Source: Clostridia bacterium
Lineage (GTDB): Bacteria; Bacillota; Clostridia; UBA1212; DUPL01
Direction: 5' to 3'
NCBI GenBank assembly: GCA_050951325.1
Contig: JBMNIW010000005.1
Coordinates: 96,001-160,000, forward strand
Length of the DNA: 64,000 bases
This document shows, piece after piece, positions 49,169 to 63,879 of the stretch. The notes beneath the pieces are model-generated. The model made no database searches and was not told where the DNA came from. It worked only from the letters and a program-made list of their open reading frames with translations. A program made the translations under genes and the position numbers. Each line of letters starts with the position of its first letter. Within the stretch, counting starts at the first letter, position 1.

Positions 49169-50536
49169 CTATGTTGTTGACTCTACAATATGCTTTTTTC
49201 TTATTCGTTTCCGTGCATAGAAGAAGATTAAGACCTGCCCAAGACCTGCTATCGACCAGGTTACGGGATAGCATAGGTATAGAACAGTTATAGTTGGATA
49301 CCATTTGAAAACAGAATATATCCATACTATCCTTAGCAGGCATGCACCTACCAAGGTGCAGAGCATAGGAAGGATTGAATAGCCCATACCTCGAGTTATG
49401 CCTGGAAAAACGTTCATGAAGGCGCAGGTGAAGTAAAGGCTCATCATTATGAATATTCGGTGCATTCCCAGATTAAGTACCTCAGGATCTGAATTGAATA
49501 TGCTGAGAAGCGGCCTTCCAAAGATTATCACAAGACTGCCGAGTATGAGCCAGGTTGCAAAAATTAGGGCAGTACATACCTTGGCAACGGAATCAATCTT
49601 GTCGTACTTCTTTGCTCCCATGCTTTGACCTGTAAATGTTATTGCTGCATTGTAATAGGCGTTGGTGGTTGTTGCAACGAATCCTTCTACGTTAAGAGCA
49701 GCTGTGTTTGCTGCAATGGTTGTTGTTCCAAAAGAGTTTATTGAAGACTGTACTACTGTGTTGGAAATAGAAAACAGTAGGCCCTGCATTCCAGCTGGGA
49801 AACCAATCCTGAATATCTGAACAAGTTTTTCCCACTCAAGACGCAAGTATTTCGGTTTGAAGCGTATAAGCCCTTCGTGTCTATAAAGGAAAATAAGAAT
49901 GAGAACCATGGATAAATACTGAGAAATAACGGTGGCAAACGCAACACCAGCTACACTCATGTGGAAAACAATAACAAATATGAGGTTTAGGATTACATTT
50001 ACTATTCCTCCTATGACCAGAAAATACATGGGGTTTTTGCTGTCTCCAACTGCTCTCAATATTGATGCGCAGAAGTTGTATACCATGGCGGCAGGTAAAC
50101 CAAAGAAATATATTTTTATATATAATGAAGCTAAAGGAAGGATCTCCTCAGGGGTTCCCATAAGTACCAGCAGGGGTTCATAAATAAACAAACCCAGAAC
50201 CATAACAAAAATACCGAGAATGATACTGAACAATATGGATGTATGTACTGATTCAACCACGCCTTTGGAATCTCCTGCGCCAAATTCCTGAGATACAACG
50301 ACAACAGTTCCGACCGACAAACCCATAAAAAGGTTTATTATTAGGTTTATGAGAGGTCCGGTTGCGCCGACTGCAGCAAAAGGTTCAACTCCTGCAAATC
50401 GTCCTACAACAATCATGTCTGCAGCATTAAACAAAAGTTGCAGAATATTCATCGCCATTATAGGTAATGAGAATATAAAAATATTTGCAATTAAGTTACC
50501 CTTGGTAACATCAATTTCATTACTTTTCTTTAGCAT
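49169..50536 (-). CDS. MATE family efflux transporter
   Basis: LQLLFNAADMIVVGRF, LRAVGDSKNP, IGFPAG.Q; about 12 TM. Confidence 0.92.
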   Translation of the reverse strand: MLKKSNEIDVTKGNLIANIFIFSLPIMAMNILQLLFNAADMIVVGRFAGVEPFAAVGATGPLINLIINLFMGLSVGTVVVVSQEFGAGDSKGVVESVHTSILFSIILGIFVMVLGLFIYEPLLVLMGTPEEILPLASLYIKIYFFGLPAAMVYNFCASILRAVGDSKNPMYFLVIGGIVNVILNLIFVIVFHMSVAGVAFATVISQYLSMVLILIFLYRHEGLIRFKPKYLRLEWEKLVQIFRIGFPAGMQGLLFSISNTVVQSSINSFGTTTIAANTAALNVEGFVATTTNAYYNAAITFTGQSMGAKKYDKIDSVAKVCTALIFATWLILGSLVIIFGRPLLSIFNSDPEVLNLGMHRIFIMMSLYFTCAFMNVFPGITRGMGYSILPMLCTLVGACLLRIVWIYSVFKWYPTITVLYLCYPVTWSIAGLGQVLIFFYARKRIRKKHIVESTT

Positions 50537-50612
50537 TTTACGCCCACTTTCCTAAAATTTAACTAAAACGTTGTGACAATCCACAAGTACAGTAATTATA
50601 TCAAACAAATAT

Positions 50613-51086
50613 TTAAACATCATTACGAATTAATAAATAAGTATATATACTCAGGAGGGCGTTGGCAGAAATACGGCTGCAAGACCACTTATGGCTACAC
50701 TCTGGTTGGACGCAAGTGTTATTGCCAAAATCATTCCAAAAGATGCAAACCATCTTCCTGTGCAAATCCAATTGGACGTATAAAACAGGGTTTCTATCAA
50801 TAATCAATATTGGCAGGTATTCTGCTATAGCAAAGGCGATATATACAATCAATCTCTACAATGCTTTTATTATCAGGTTCTCTTGATGAGTTTCATCTTA
50901 CAAAATGTTCGGTATGTTGCTAATTATCTCCTGAACCAACAGTGAAAACATAATGGCAAGAATTGCAACTGCAATACTCAGCGTCTCATCCCAATGAAGT
51001 CCTTGGGTAATTTTATAAGCACTAAGTATAATGAGAAGTATCGCAATACTTAGTTTAAACAAGGGTTTGTCAATTATTTTTTGCAT
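50613..51086 (-). pseudogene. Possible fragmented membrane-protein gene
   Basis: RBS and ATG at 51086; the hydrophobic frame continues through stops at 50898-50900 and about 50856-50858 into ORF 50613..50852. Confidence 0.35.
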
Positions 51087-51197
51087 GTATAACCTCTTCC
51101 AATTTCTTTTCCATTTATATTATGCTTATTTCAATAGTTTGTCTAGCAGTTTCAAAAATGCTATACTATATTCGTAACAAAAGGCAAGGGGATGATT

Positions 51198-51866
51198 ATG
51201 AAAACGAGTATTAAAGCAGAAGCATTGGTTTTTGACATGGATGGAACGTTGTTGGATTCATTGTATTATTGGCGTAATACTGATTTGTATGCTGCCAAAG
51301 CATTTAACTTTGAACCAAACAAGAATATCAAGCTTAGTGAGCAACCTGGAAGTTTTTTTGAAAGAGTAAAGAATTATGTAAACCTCCATGGTTTTGATCA
51401 TGATTTGGATACGATAAAAGAGGAATTACATAGAGTGGCTATAGAGTTTTATACAACTGAGGTTACTCCAAAACACAAGGCGGTTAATTTTTTGGAGCAT
51501 GTTCTTTCACAAGGCAAAAGGATTGGTATTGCAACAGCCACCAATGGCAGGGTTGCGAAAATCGCACTTGAGCATCTTGGGCTTCTTGAATATTTTGAGT
51601 TTGTCCTTTCAAATGATGATATTGGAGTCAGCAAAAGGCATCCTGATATCTATTTGCTTGCTGCAGAGAAGCTGGGACAATCTGTAGAGAACACAATTGT
51701 ATTTGAAGACAATCCCAATTGTGTTAGAACTGCCAAGAATGCAGGTTTTAGAGTTGCAGGTATAAATGATAGACACTTTAGCGAAGAGGAGAACAAAATG
51801 ACCGCAGATATAGCGGACTGGACTGCTTGGGATTATGAATATTACATTGAATTGTTTAAAGCATAG
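51198..51866 (+). CDS. HAD-superfamily phosphatase (subfamily IA)
   Basis: FDMDGTLLDS, IATAT, K.HPDIY, VFED. Confidence 0.9.
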   Translation: MKTSIKAEALVFDMDGTLLDSLYYWRNTDLYAAKAFNFEPNKNIKLSEQPGSFFERVKNYVNLHGFDHDLDTIKEELHRVAIEFYTTEVTPKHKAVNFLEHVLSQGKRIGIATATNGRVAKIALEHLGLLEYFEFVLSNDDIGVSKRHPDIYLLAAEKLGQSVENTIVFEDNPNCVRTAKNAGFRVAGINDRHFSEEENKMTADIADWTAWDYEYYIELFKA

Positions 51867-51877
51867 AAGGGACGTTT

Positions 51878-52699
51878 ATGATTTATATACACACAGCTCT
51901 TTCTGTTGAAGCATCTCCGATAATAGAGGGATTCAAACTGAAAAAGGATATGGATACAAAAGAGTTCCAAGTGTTTGGAAACGAAGATGTCATACTGATT
52001 GTTAGCGGTGTAGGGAAAGTCAAATGCGCCATGGGTATTGCTTATCTTTTTGGCAAATACGGAGTGTGCGAGAAGGATATTCTTCTTAACGTAGGTTATT
52101 GCGGCAGTAGCAATCTTGACGTACCGCTCGGAACACTTAAACTTGCAAACAAGGTTGTAGATATGGATACAGGCAGGGAGTACTTTCCCGATTTGTTTGT
52201 GACAGGATACGAGCAAGAATGCATATCCTGTTTTTCGAATGTGATAACAAATAGAAAAGAAAACACTGAGGGTGTTTTTGTAGATATGGAATCTGCAGGA
52301 GTAATGGAGGCTTCTTACAAGTTTCTGTATCCTCATCAGACTGTTATTGTTAAAATTGTATCTGATTACATGGATGATGAAAGAAAGGATGTTTTGTTCT
52401 TAAAATCCTTAATAGATAAAAATCTTTCCAATATTGAAGATATAATTAAGCAGTCAAGAGACATCGTGTGCATGGCACAAGGCCTTAACATGGCTGAGGA
52501 AGATGCAATTCTTGATAGAATAAGGGCGAATATGAGGTTTACAAAAGGAATGATGGATTTATTAAGACCTCGAGTCAGGAAGGCTAAGATTAAAGGATAC
52601 GATACTGTAAGCATTCTTTGTGGTTTTCTTGATAGTAAAAGTTCATCCAAAGTTGAAAGGAAGAGAGTGTTTGATGAGTTGCTTAAAAAACTTAAGTAG
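51878..52699 (+). CDS. Nucleoside phosphorylase / MTA-SAH nucleosidase-like protein
   Basis: TAL..EA, SGVGKV, LNVG.CG, VDMES, KIVSD. Confidence 0.7.
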   Translation: MIYIHTALSVEASPIIEGFKLKKDMDTKEFQVFGNEDVILIVSGVGKVKCAMGIAYLFGKYGVCEKDILLNVGYCGSSNLDVPLGTLKLANKVVDMDTGREYFPDLFVTGYEQECISCFSNVITNRKENTEGVFVDMESAGVMEASYKFLYPHQTVIVKIVSDYMDDERKDVLFLKSLIDKNLSNIEDIIKQSRDIVCMAQGLNMAEEDAILDRIRANMRFTKGMMDLLRPRVRKAKIKGYDTVSILCGFLDSKSSSKVERKRVFDELLKKLK

Positions 52700-53663
52700 C
52701 CGGGCTGTACATAGAATATACGTGGAGGAAGATGCTTTTGGGTATGATATAACCCGAAAGGTACTGAAAAAATACTCTGATTGCGATATTGTAAAAATTA
52801 ATAATTACAAGGATGTTTTTAACAGAACAAGGCAGAGTTTCTCACTGCAAAAGAAATTTCCGCAGCTGATACTTGCAGTTAAAAAGGATACCTTTATTTA
52901 CGAAGGTTCTCCCATGTGTCAGAATTTTGGTCATCAAAGCTACTATTATGCAACTTTTATGGTAAACTGTATTTTTGACTGTCAGTATTGTTTTCTGCAA
53001 GGAATGTATAATTCTTCGAATATTGTCTGTTTTGTGAATGTGGAGGATTTTGCTAAAGAATTCTCAAGGATGGAATGTGGCAGCATGATTGCCCTTTCCT
53101 ATGAAACGGATTTGATTGCACACCACAACATAGTTCCATACCTTGAATATATTTATGAATATATAAAGGCGACGGAAAATGTTGCTTTTGAAATAAGGAC
53201 AAAAAGTGCAAATACATTAATTTTGTCGAAGTACATGCCACTAGACAATCTGATTCTTGCATATACGCTGACACCTCAAAAGATTATAGATTCTTATGAA
53301 AGATTTACCCCAAATCTGGATGCGAGAATAAAGGCGGTAAATCATGCGCTTGATTTGGGCTTTAAGGTAAGAATTTGTTTTGACCCTATATTTGCAGATG
53401 AGGATTATGAAGAGTTCTTTCAGCATGTATTTGAAAAAATTGATGGAAAGAGAATAAACGATATAGGATATGGTTTTTTTAGAATGCCAAAGGAGCAGTA
53501 TCTAAAAGCGTTCAAAATCAGCGACAGTATCGTGTATGCAAAGGATTATGTTGAAGAGGATGGAGTGGTTACTTTTCCTGAAAAAATGATAACTGAAGCA
53601 ACGAAAATACATATGGATATAATTGAATATTTTGTGGACAAGGAGAAGATATATATTCTATGA
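52674..53663 (+). CDS. Spore photoproduct lyase (SPL)-family radical SAM protein
   Basis: NCIFDCQYCFLQGMY (CxxxCxxC), SYETDL, EIRTKS, R..FDP. Confidence 0.8.
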   Translation: MSCLKNLSSRAVHRIYVEEDAFGYDITRKVLKKYSDCDIVKINNYKDVFNRTRQSFSLQKKFPQLILAVKKDTFIYEGSPMCQNFGHQSYYYATFMVNCIFDCQYCFLQGMYNSSNIVCFVNVEDFAKEFSRMECGSMIALSYETDLIAHHNIVPYLEYIYEYIKATENVAFEIRTKSANTLILSKYMPLDNLILAYTLTPQKIIDSYERFTPNLDARIKAVNHALDLGFKVRICFDPIFADEDYEEFFQHVFEKIDGKRINDIGYGFFRMPKEQYLKAFKISDSIVYAKDYVEEDGVVTFPEKMITEATKIHMDIIEYFVDKEKIYIL

Positions 53664-54358
53664 AAAGAGCGATTGTTACCGGAAGTTCCAAAGGGATCGG
53701 AAAGAGTATTGTTAAAAGATTGCTCTCTCTGGGGTACCGAGTATATGGTATTTCAAGAACTGTTACCTTTGACGATGAAAATTTCATACCTGTTATTTGC
53801 GATATTCTTGATACAAAAAGTCTTTTTGAGGTAGTTGATGAGATAAGGAAGAAGGAAGAAGGTTTGGATCTGCTTGTAAACAATGCAGGCATCGGAGTTT
53901 TTGGACCTCACGAGCAGTTGGATGCAAAAGGCATACAGGAAATGGTCAGACTTAATCTTGAAGTGCCTCTTTTGTTGACCAATAGACTTTTGAGGGACCT
54001 CGTAAAGTCAAAAGGGACTGTCATATTTATATCTTCTGTAACAGCAAAGAAAACCAGTCCTCACGGTTGTGCATATGCGGCCACCAAGGCGGGTGTAAGC
54101 AAGTTTGCTGAAAGCTTGTTCGAGGAGGTCAGGAAAAAGGGAGTAAAGGTTACTGTTATACATCCTGACATGACAATGACAAACTTTTATGATGAATCAG
54201 ACTTTACATGCGACGATGATGAAAGTGCATACATTTTACCTCAGCAGGTGGCGGACTGCGTTGAGTTTGTACTTAAAATGGAATCCAATCTGGCTGTTAA
54301 TGACATTACTTTAAGACCACAAATAAATAGAATTAAAAGAAGGAAGGTAATAGAATAA
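53660..54358 (+). CDS. SDR family oxidoreductase
   Basis: TGSSKGIG, NNAG, YAATK. Confidence 0.92.
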   Translation: MKRAIVTGSSKGIGKSIVKRLLSLGYRVYGISRTVTFDDENFIPVICDILDTKSLFEVVDEIRKKEEGLDLLVNNAGIGVFGPHEQLDAKGIQEMVRLNLEVPLLLTNRLLRDLVKSKGTVIFISSVTAKKTSPHGCAYAATKAGVSKFAESLFEEVRKKGVKVTVIHPDMTMTNFYDESDFTCDDDESAYILPQQVADCVEFVLKMESNLAVNDITLRPQINRIKRRKVIE

Positions 54359-55059
54359 TGAAAATTCATTTTTTAGGAACAGGTGCCGCAGATTGGGATA
54401 TAAACAACCCAAGCGGTGACATCAATTTCAGGCGTTTTTCAAGCGTTCTTGTCGACGATTGTCTACTTATCGACCCGGGTCCATGCATTTTTGAGTTTGC
54501 AGAAACCTTTAAACATCCCAAACTTTTTGCCCTTCTAAAGGATGTAATCTGCACACACAAGCATGCTGACCATTTTAATCAAGATAATCTTAATAGACTG
54601 CTTGGTGAGTCTGCTAATGCAAGATTCCATGAAATTGATGCATTTGCCAAACTCGAGACTGATAATCATGTAATATATTCATACCCTGCAAATCATGGAA
54701 CAGCGGTATCCCCGAAAAATTATGTAGTGGAAAGCAAGGTTTCAGGAAAGAGATTTTTCTATGGACTTGATGGTGCGTGGATTTTATACGATGTGTACAA
54801 GGCGCTTCTTGAGTTTGGACATCTGGATTTGATGGTGTTTGATGCTACAATTGGAAATATTGAAGGAGATTACAGAATCTTTGAACACAACAATCTGACA
54901 ATGATAAAAGAAATGAGTAAAACATTCAGGAAGATTTGCTCGAATTTCATAATATCTCATATGGCAAGAACCCTGCATGCATCCCATGAAGAGCTGGAAA
55001 AGGATATGGGGAAATACGGAATTATGGTTGCTCATGACAATATGATAATAAATATTTGA
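54358..55059 (+). CDS. MBL-fold metallo-hydrolase (PhnP-like)
   Basis: FLGTGAAD, THKHADH, ANH, ISH. Confidence 0.8.
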   Translation: MKIHFLGTGAADWDINNPSGDINFRRFSSVLVDDCLLIDPGPCIFEFAETFKHPKLFALLKDVICTHKHADHFNQDNLNRLLGESANARFHEIDAFAKLETDNHVIYSYPANHGTAVSPKNYVVESKVSGKRFFYGLDGAWILYDVYKALLEFGHLDLMVFDATIGNIEGDYRIFEHNNLTMIKEMSKTFRKICSNFIISHMARTLHASHEELEKDMGKYGIMVAHDNMIINI

Positions 55060-55156
55060 ATTACGTTGCATTTGCAACGGAATTCTGTTTTTTTATCATG
55101 TATAATTCAACCATGAAGTTGGAAAACTTTAAAATTTGTGATTAAAGGTGAGAGTT

Positions 55157-55855
55157 ATGGTAAAAAGACAAATTATTAAGATTGATGAAGATAAATGTAA
55201 CGGATGCGGACTTTGCGTGGATGCATGCCATGAAGGTGCAATTCAACTTATCGACAACAAGGCAAAACTAATAAGGGATGACTATTGCGATGGCCTTGGT
55301 AACTGTCTGCCTGTTTGTCCAACTGGAGCCATTTCTTTTGAGGTAAGGGAAGCACTTCCTTTTGACGAAGAAGCTGTTATGGCAGCCCAAAAGGCTAAAG
55401 AGGAAGACCTGCCTTGTGGTTGTCCTGGCTCAATGGCAAGAGCTATTAAACCAACCAATGATGAAACTCCAAAAGTCGAAGTTGAAATGAAGTCACAGCT
55501 GAGACAGTGGCCTGTACAAATAAAGCTGGTACCAGTTAATGCACCGTATTTTAACGGAGCTAGTTTGTTGATTGCTGCAGACTGTACTGCTTTTGCATAT
55601 GCCAACTTTCATGAGAAGTTCATTAAGGGGAAAATCACACTTATAGGTTGTCCCAAACTAGACATGGTGGACTATTCTGAGAAGCTGACTCAGATATTGA
55701 GGCACAACAATATCAAGAATGTTACGGTTGTCAGAATGGAAGTTCCTTGCTGTGGCGGAATTGTATACGCAGTAACTGAAGCTTTGAGGAACAGCGGTAA
55801 GATGATACCATGGCAGGTTGTTACTGTTTCTACTGACGGAGAAGTAATCGAATAA
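55157..55855 (+). CDS. 4Fe-4S dicluster domain protein
   Basis: CNGCGLCVDACHEGAI, CDGLGNCLPVCP, CGCPGS, QWPVQ, MEVPCC. Confidence 0.88.
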   Translation: MVKRQIIKIDEDKCNGCGLCVDACHEGAIQLIDNKAKLIRDDYCDGLGNCLPVCPTGAISFEVREALPFDEEAVMAAQKAKEEDLPCGCPGSMARAIKPTNDETPKVEVEMKSQLRQWPVQIKLVPVNAPYFNGASLLIAADCTAFAYANFHEKFIKGKITLIGCPKLDMVDYSEKLTQILRHNNIKNVTVVRMEVPCCGGIVYAVTEALRNSGKMIPWQVVTVSTDGEVIE

Positions 55856-55928
55856 TACTTATTAACTATTAGAGCCTGAAGACTCCTGAACATAGTATAT
55901 ATGTAAAGCTGTGTTTAGGAGTTTTTTT

Positions 55929-56420
55929 ATGCTTGTAGATATTGGATACGATAGAAATTCAGCTTTTGAGTATGCAAAGAAATGGGCGTACAAACGAAAT
56001 CCCAAATATTATAACTTTGATAAACTTGGAGGGGATTGCACAAACTTTGTATCCCAATGTATACTTTCAGGCTGCCAAGTAATGAACTACAAACCGACTT
56101 TTGGCTGGTACTATATCAATTTGAATGACAGAACTCCATCCTGGAGTGGAGTTATATATTTGTACAATTTCCTTGTTGACAACAAGGGCACAGGGCCATA
56201 TGGGGTGGAAGTGGGACTTGACAAAATACAGATTGGAGATGTTATACAGCTAGGTCATGCCAATGGTTTTTATCACTCTCTTTTTGTAACAGGTGTTTCC
56301 TCAAATGATATATTCGTTTCAACTCATACCCAAGATGCGTTCATGAGGGGATTAAGCACGTATTTCTTTGAAAGGTTCAGGTGCATCCATATTCTGGGTG
56401 CAAGAAAGTATGTGAAATAG
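55929..56420 (+). CDS. Amidase_6 domain protein
   Basis: YDR..A..YA.KW, GGDCTNFVSQC, GDVIQL, YHS, HT. Confidence 0.85.
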   Translation: MLVDIGYDRNSAFEYAKKWAYKRNPKYYNFDKLGGDCTNFVSQCILSGCQVMNYKPTFGWYYINLNDRTPSWSGVIYLYNFLVDNKGTGPYGVEVGLDKIQIGDVIQLGHANGFYHSLFVTGVSSNDIFVSTHTQDAFMRGLSTYFFERFRCIHILGARKYVK

Positions 56421-56464
56421 AGGGTTTTGTGTAGGAAATCTTACTTTATTCATGATATAATGTA

Positions 56465-57073
56465 ATGGTACATAAGTTTATGAAAGGAGAACTTGCCGGC
56501 AAGGCAAAGAAATACATGACTTGGGAACAGCTTGAAAGTAATTGTAGGGAATGCAGGCGTTGTGGACTTGCATATGGCAGGACTAATGTGGTAATTGGAA
56601 GGGGATGCAAAACTGCTCCTGTTATGATTGTTGGAGAAGGTCCTGGACAAAAGGAGGACGAAACAGGTCTGCCTTTTGTTGGCAGGGCGGGAGAATTGTT
56701 GGATCTAGCCCTTGAATCCCTGGGATTTTCCGAAAATGATTATTACATAGCAAACATCGTCAAGTGCAGACCTGAGAACAACAGAACCCCTACGGAGGAT
56801 GAGTGTGAAAAGTGTCTTCCGTATTTAAGGGCACAGTTTGCTTTAATCAGACCTAAGATTATTGTGTGCTTGGGCAACGTGGCAACAAAAGCGATGATAG
56901 ACAAGAGTTTTCAGGTATCAAAAGCCAGAGGTATCTGGTACACCAAAAATGGGACGCTGTTTCTGGCAACTTATCATCCGGCTGCGCTTCTCAGGGATGA
57001 AAGCAAAAAGATAGAAATGTGGGAAGATTTAAGAAAGGTTAAGATAAGGCTTTATGAAGGACTTGATACATGA
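56465..57073 (+). CDS. Uracil-DNA glycosylase family 4 (Fe-S)
   Basis: CRRC, GEGPG, PFVG, VKCRP, C.PYL, YHPA; true start may be ATG 56516. Confidence 0.9.
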   Translation: MVHKFMKGELAGKAKKYMTWEQLESNCRECRRCGLAYGRTNVVIGRGCKTAPVMIVGEGPGQKEDETGLPFVGRAGELLDLALESLGFSENDYYIANIVKCRPENNRTPTEDECEKCLPYLRAQFALIRPKIIVCLGNVATKAMIDKSFQVSKARGIWYTKNGTLFLATYHPAALLRDESKKIEMWEDLRKVKIRLYEGLDT

Positions 57074-57659
57074 ATTTAACAAGAAATATGCAGAATACAT
57101 GCTTTCAATAGACGGGATAAACAACGGTATCAACCTGGAATTTGTTTTTGGAGACGGAAGTATAAACAGCGTTGTAATGCTGGTTGGGGAGGCGCCGGGC
57201 AAGGATGAGGTTGCGTTAAAGAAACCCTTTGTTGGACAGGCTGGAAGGATACTGTCCAAGTTTCTTGAGTCCGTCAACATTGAGAGGGAAGACGTGTACA
57301 TTACAAATGCAATAAAGTACAGGTTGAGCAAGGAAGGTAAAAGGCCAGGCACTTTTGTGAACAGACCTGCGAAACTGGAGGAGATCGAACTTGCCAAAGT
57401 CTTTTTGCTTGAAGAGGTTGATATTGTTAAACCTAAAATTATTGTTCCCATGGGCAATGTGCCATTGAAGGCATTGTTTGGGAAAAACATGAGCATTGGC
57501 GAGAATCACGGTAGGATTTTTGAAGGAATTATAAAAGATACAGTCGTTTATCCTATATATCATCCTGCTAGTTTGATATACAACAGAAAGCTTGAAAAAG
57601 TATATGAACTTGACATTTTACACCTTCGAGACATTATCAACGAAACAATGCATAAATGA
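57054..57659 (+). CDS. Uracil-DNA glycosylase family 4-like, cysteine-free
   Basis: GEAPG, PFVG, TNAIKYR, YHPAS; no Cys in the translation. Confidence 0.85.
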   Translation: MKDLIHEFNKKYAEYMLSIDGINNGINLEFVFGDGSINSVVMLVGEAPGKDEVALKKPFVGQAGRILSKFLESVNIEREDVYITNAIKYRLSKEGKRPGTFVNRPAKLEEIELAKVFLLEEVDIVKPKIIVPMGNVPLKALFGKNMSIGENHGRIFEGIIKDTVVYPIYHPASLIYNRKLEKVYELDILHLRDIINETMHK

Positions 57660-57689
57660 TTTGGTAAAAATTAATTTAAAAATATACTC

Positions 57690-57718
57690 TTGACAAGCAA
57701 ATTCAGGTTTGCTATACT
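57690..57718 (+). promoter_or_regulatory. rrn sigma-A promoter
   Basis: TTGACA-N17-TATACT with upstream A/T tract; hairpin and boxA-like leader follow. Confidence 0.8.
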
Positions 57719-57857
57719 AATCGAGCTGTCCAACGACAGCAGCACATTGAAAACTAAACAGCGTATCATGTAACTCGTTTAATTCTTATGAGTTAATTTT
57801 AAACAAGCCAGTTAAACTGGAAACGTAAAGAGCTAACAAATTTTTAGTTTGAAGATA

Positions 57858-59411
<1,554 letters not shown>

Positions 59412-59462
59412 AGTAATTCCTTTAAGTGAACGAAAGTACAGATACGCTGTTTAGATAAATAT

Positions 59463-59538
59463 GGGGGTATAGCTCAGTTGGGAGAGCACCTGCCTTGCAA
59501 GCAGGGGGTCATGAGTTCGAATCTCATTATCTCCACCA
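59463..59538 (+). tRNA. tRNA-Ala (TGC) in the 16S-23S spacer
   Basis: Cloverleaf, G3:U70, anticodon TGC, CCA end. Confidence 0.96.
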
Positions 59539-59678
59539 GACCAATAAAATTGGTCAAGTAAATTGAAATGTTTATGAACATTGACAATCGAATAACGAAA
59601 ATATATATATGATGAAGCCGAAAGGGTAAATAATAAATTACTCTTAGGATTACTCAATCTAGACGGAGAGAGAACATA

Positions 59679-62585
<2,907 letters not shown>

Positions 62586-62694
62586 AAAAATAAACGAACA
62601 AGACACAATCGTTGAAGATTGAGTAAGACATCATTCGTATATATATCGGTAGTTGTTCGATTGTCAATGTGGCATAAACATGCCACATCAGACA

Positions 62695-62811
<117 letters not shown>

Positions 62812-62926
62812 TTTTTTAAAAATTCTTTGGATATGTAAAGTGTATAAGGCGTTGTTCCAATGGCTTTGTGCGTTTTTGAATTCAAAGAATAAAAATATTC
62901 GGTGGTATAGACCGCCGAAAACATAT

Positions 62927-63002
62927 TCCTCAATAGCTCAGTTGGTAGAGCATGCGGCTGTTAACCGCAGGGTCGTTGGTTCGAGCCCAACTTGAGGAGC
63001 CA
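62927..63002 (+). tRNA. tRNA-Asn (GTT)
   Basis: 76-nt cloverleaf, anticodon GTT, CCA end. Confidence 0.95.
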
Positions 63003-63003
63003 T

Positions 63004-63040
63004 AGAGAATCATCCGATATCGTGGATGGTTCTCTTTTTT
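63004..63040 (+). terminator. rrn/tRNA operon terminator
   Basis: AGAGAATCATCC...GGATGGTTCTCT plus T-run. Confidence 0.75.
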
Positions 63041-63084
63041 GTTGATTACATGGTATAATTATAAAAAAGTTTCAGGTGTTTTAT

Positions 63085-63879
63085 ATGTTGGGTGCAATTA
63101 TTGGGGATATAGCTGGTTCAAGATTTGGGAATAAACGTATGAAAAGTAAAGAGTTTGAGTTGTTTTCTTCACACTGCCATTTTACAGATGATACAGTAAT
63201 GACCTTGGCTGTTGCCAAAGCATTAATTGAATGTAATGGTAATTATGAAGAACTTGACAAAATCACAGAGTATTGGATGAGAAGACTGGGAAGACAGTAT
63301 CCACGTGCCGGATATGGTTATAGATTCTTTACATGGATTCTTTCTGGGGAACACAATCCTTATGGAAGCTTTGGTAATGGTAGTGCAATGAGGGTTAGCA
63401 GCGTCGGTTATGTAACAAAGACAATTGAAGAAGTCAAGGACCTGTCATACAAGGTAACGTATATAACCCACAATCATCCTGAAGGATTGAAAGGAGCAGA
63501 GGCTGTAGCGGTATGCGTGTTTCTTGCCAAAAGTGGTTCATCGATAGAAGAGATTCGGAATTATGTAAATGAAAACTATTACACACTAGACTTTTCTCTG
63601 GATGATATAAGGGACGAATATGAGTTTGATGTTACTTGTCAGGGTTCAGTTCCTCAGGCAATAACCGCATTTTTAGAGTCAGAAGGTTTTGAGGATGCAA
63701 TCAGGAAAGCAATTGCTTTAGGAGGCGATAGTGATACTCTTGCAGCAATTTCAGGAAGCATTGCTGAAGCTTACTATGGTATTCCAAAGGAATTGGCAGA
63801 CAAAGCTGTGACATATATGGATGATTATTTACACGGTATCCTGATTGAATTTAATGATAAGTTTGGTTTTGTTGAATAA
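63085..63879 (+). CDS. ADP-ribosylglycohydrolase family protein
   Basis: MLGAIIGDIAGS, FTDDT, SFGNGSAMR, THNHPEG, GGDSDT. Confidence 0.92.
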   Translation: MLGAIIGDIAGSRFGNKRMKSKEFELFSSHCHFTDDTVMTLAVAKALIECNGNYEELDKITEYWMRRLGRQYPRAGYGYRFFTWILSGEHNPYGSFGNGSAMRVSSVGYVTKTIEEVKDLSYKVTYITHNHPEGLKGAEAVAVCVFLAKSGSSIEEIRNYVNENYYTLDFSLDDIRDEYEFDVTCQGSVPQAITAFLESEGFEDAIRKAIALGGDSDTLAAISGSIAEAYYGIPKELADKAVTYMDDYLHGILIEFNDKFGFVE

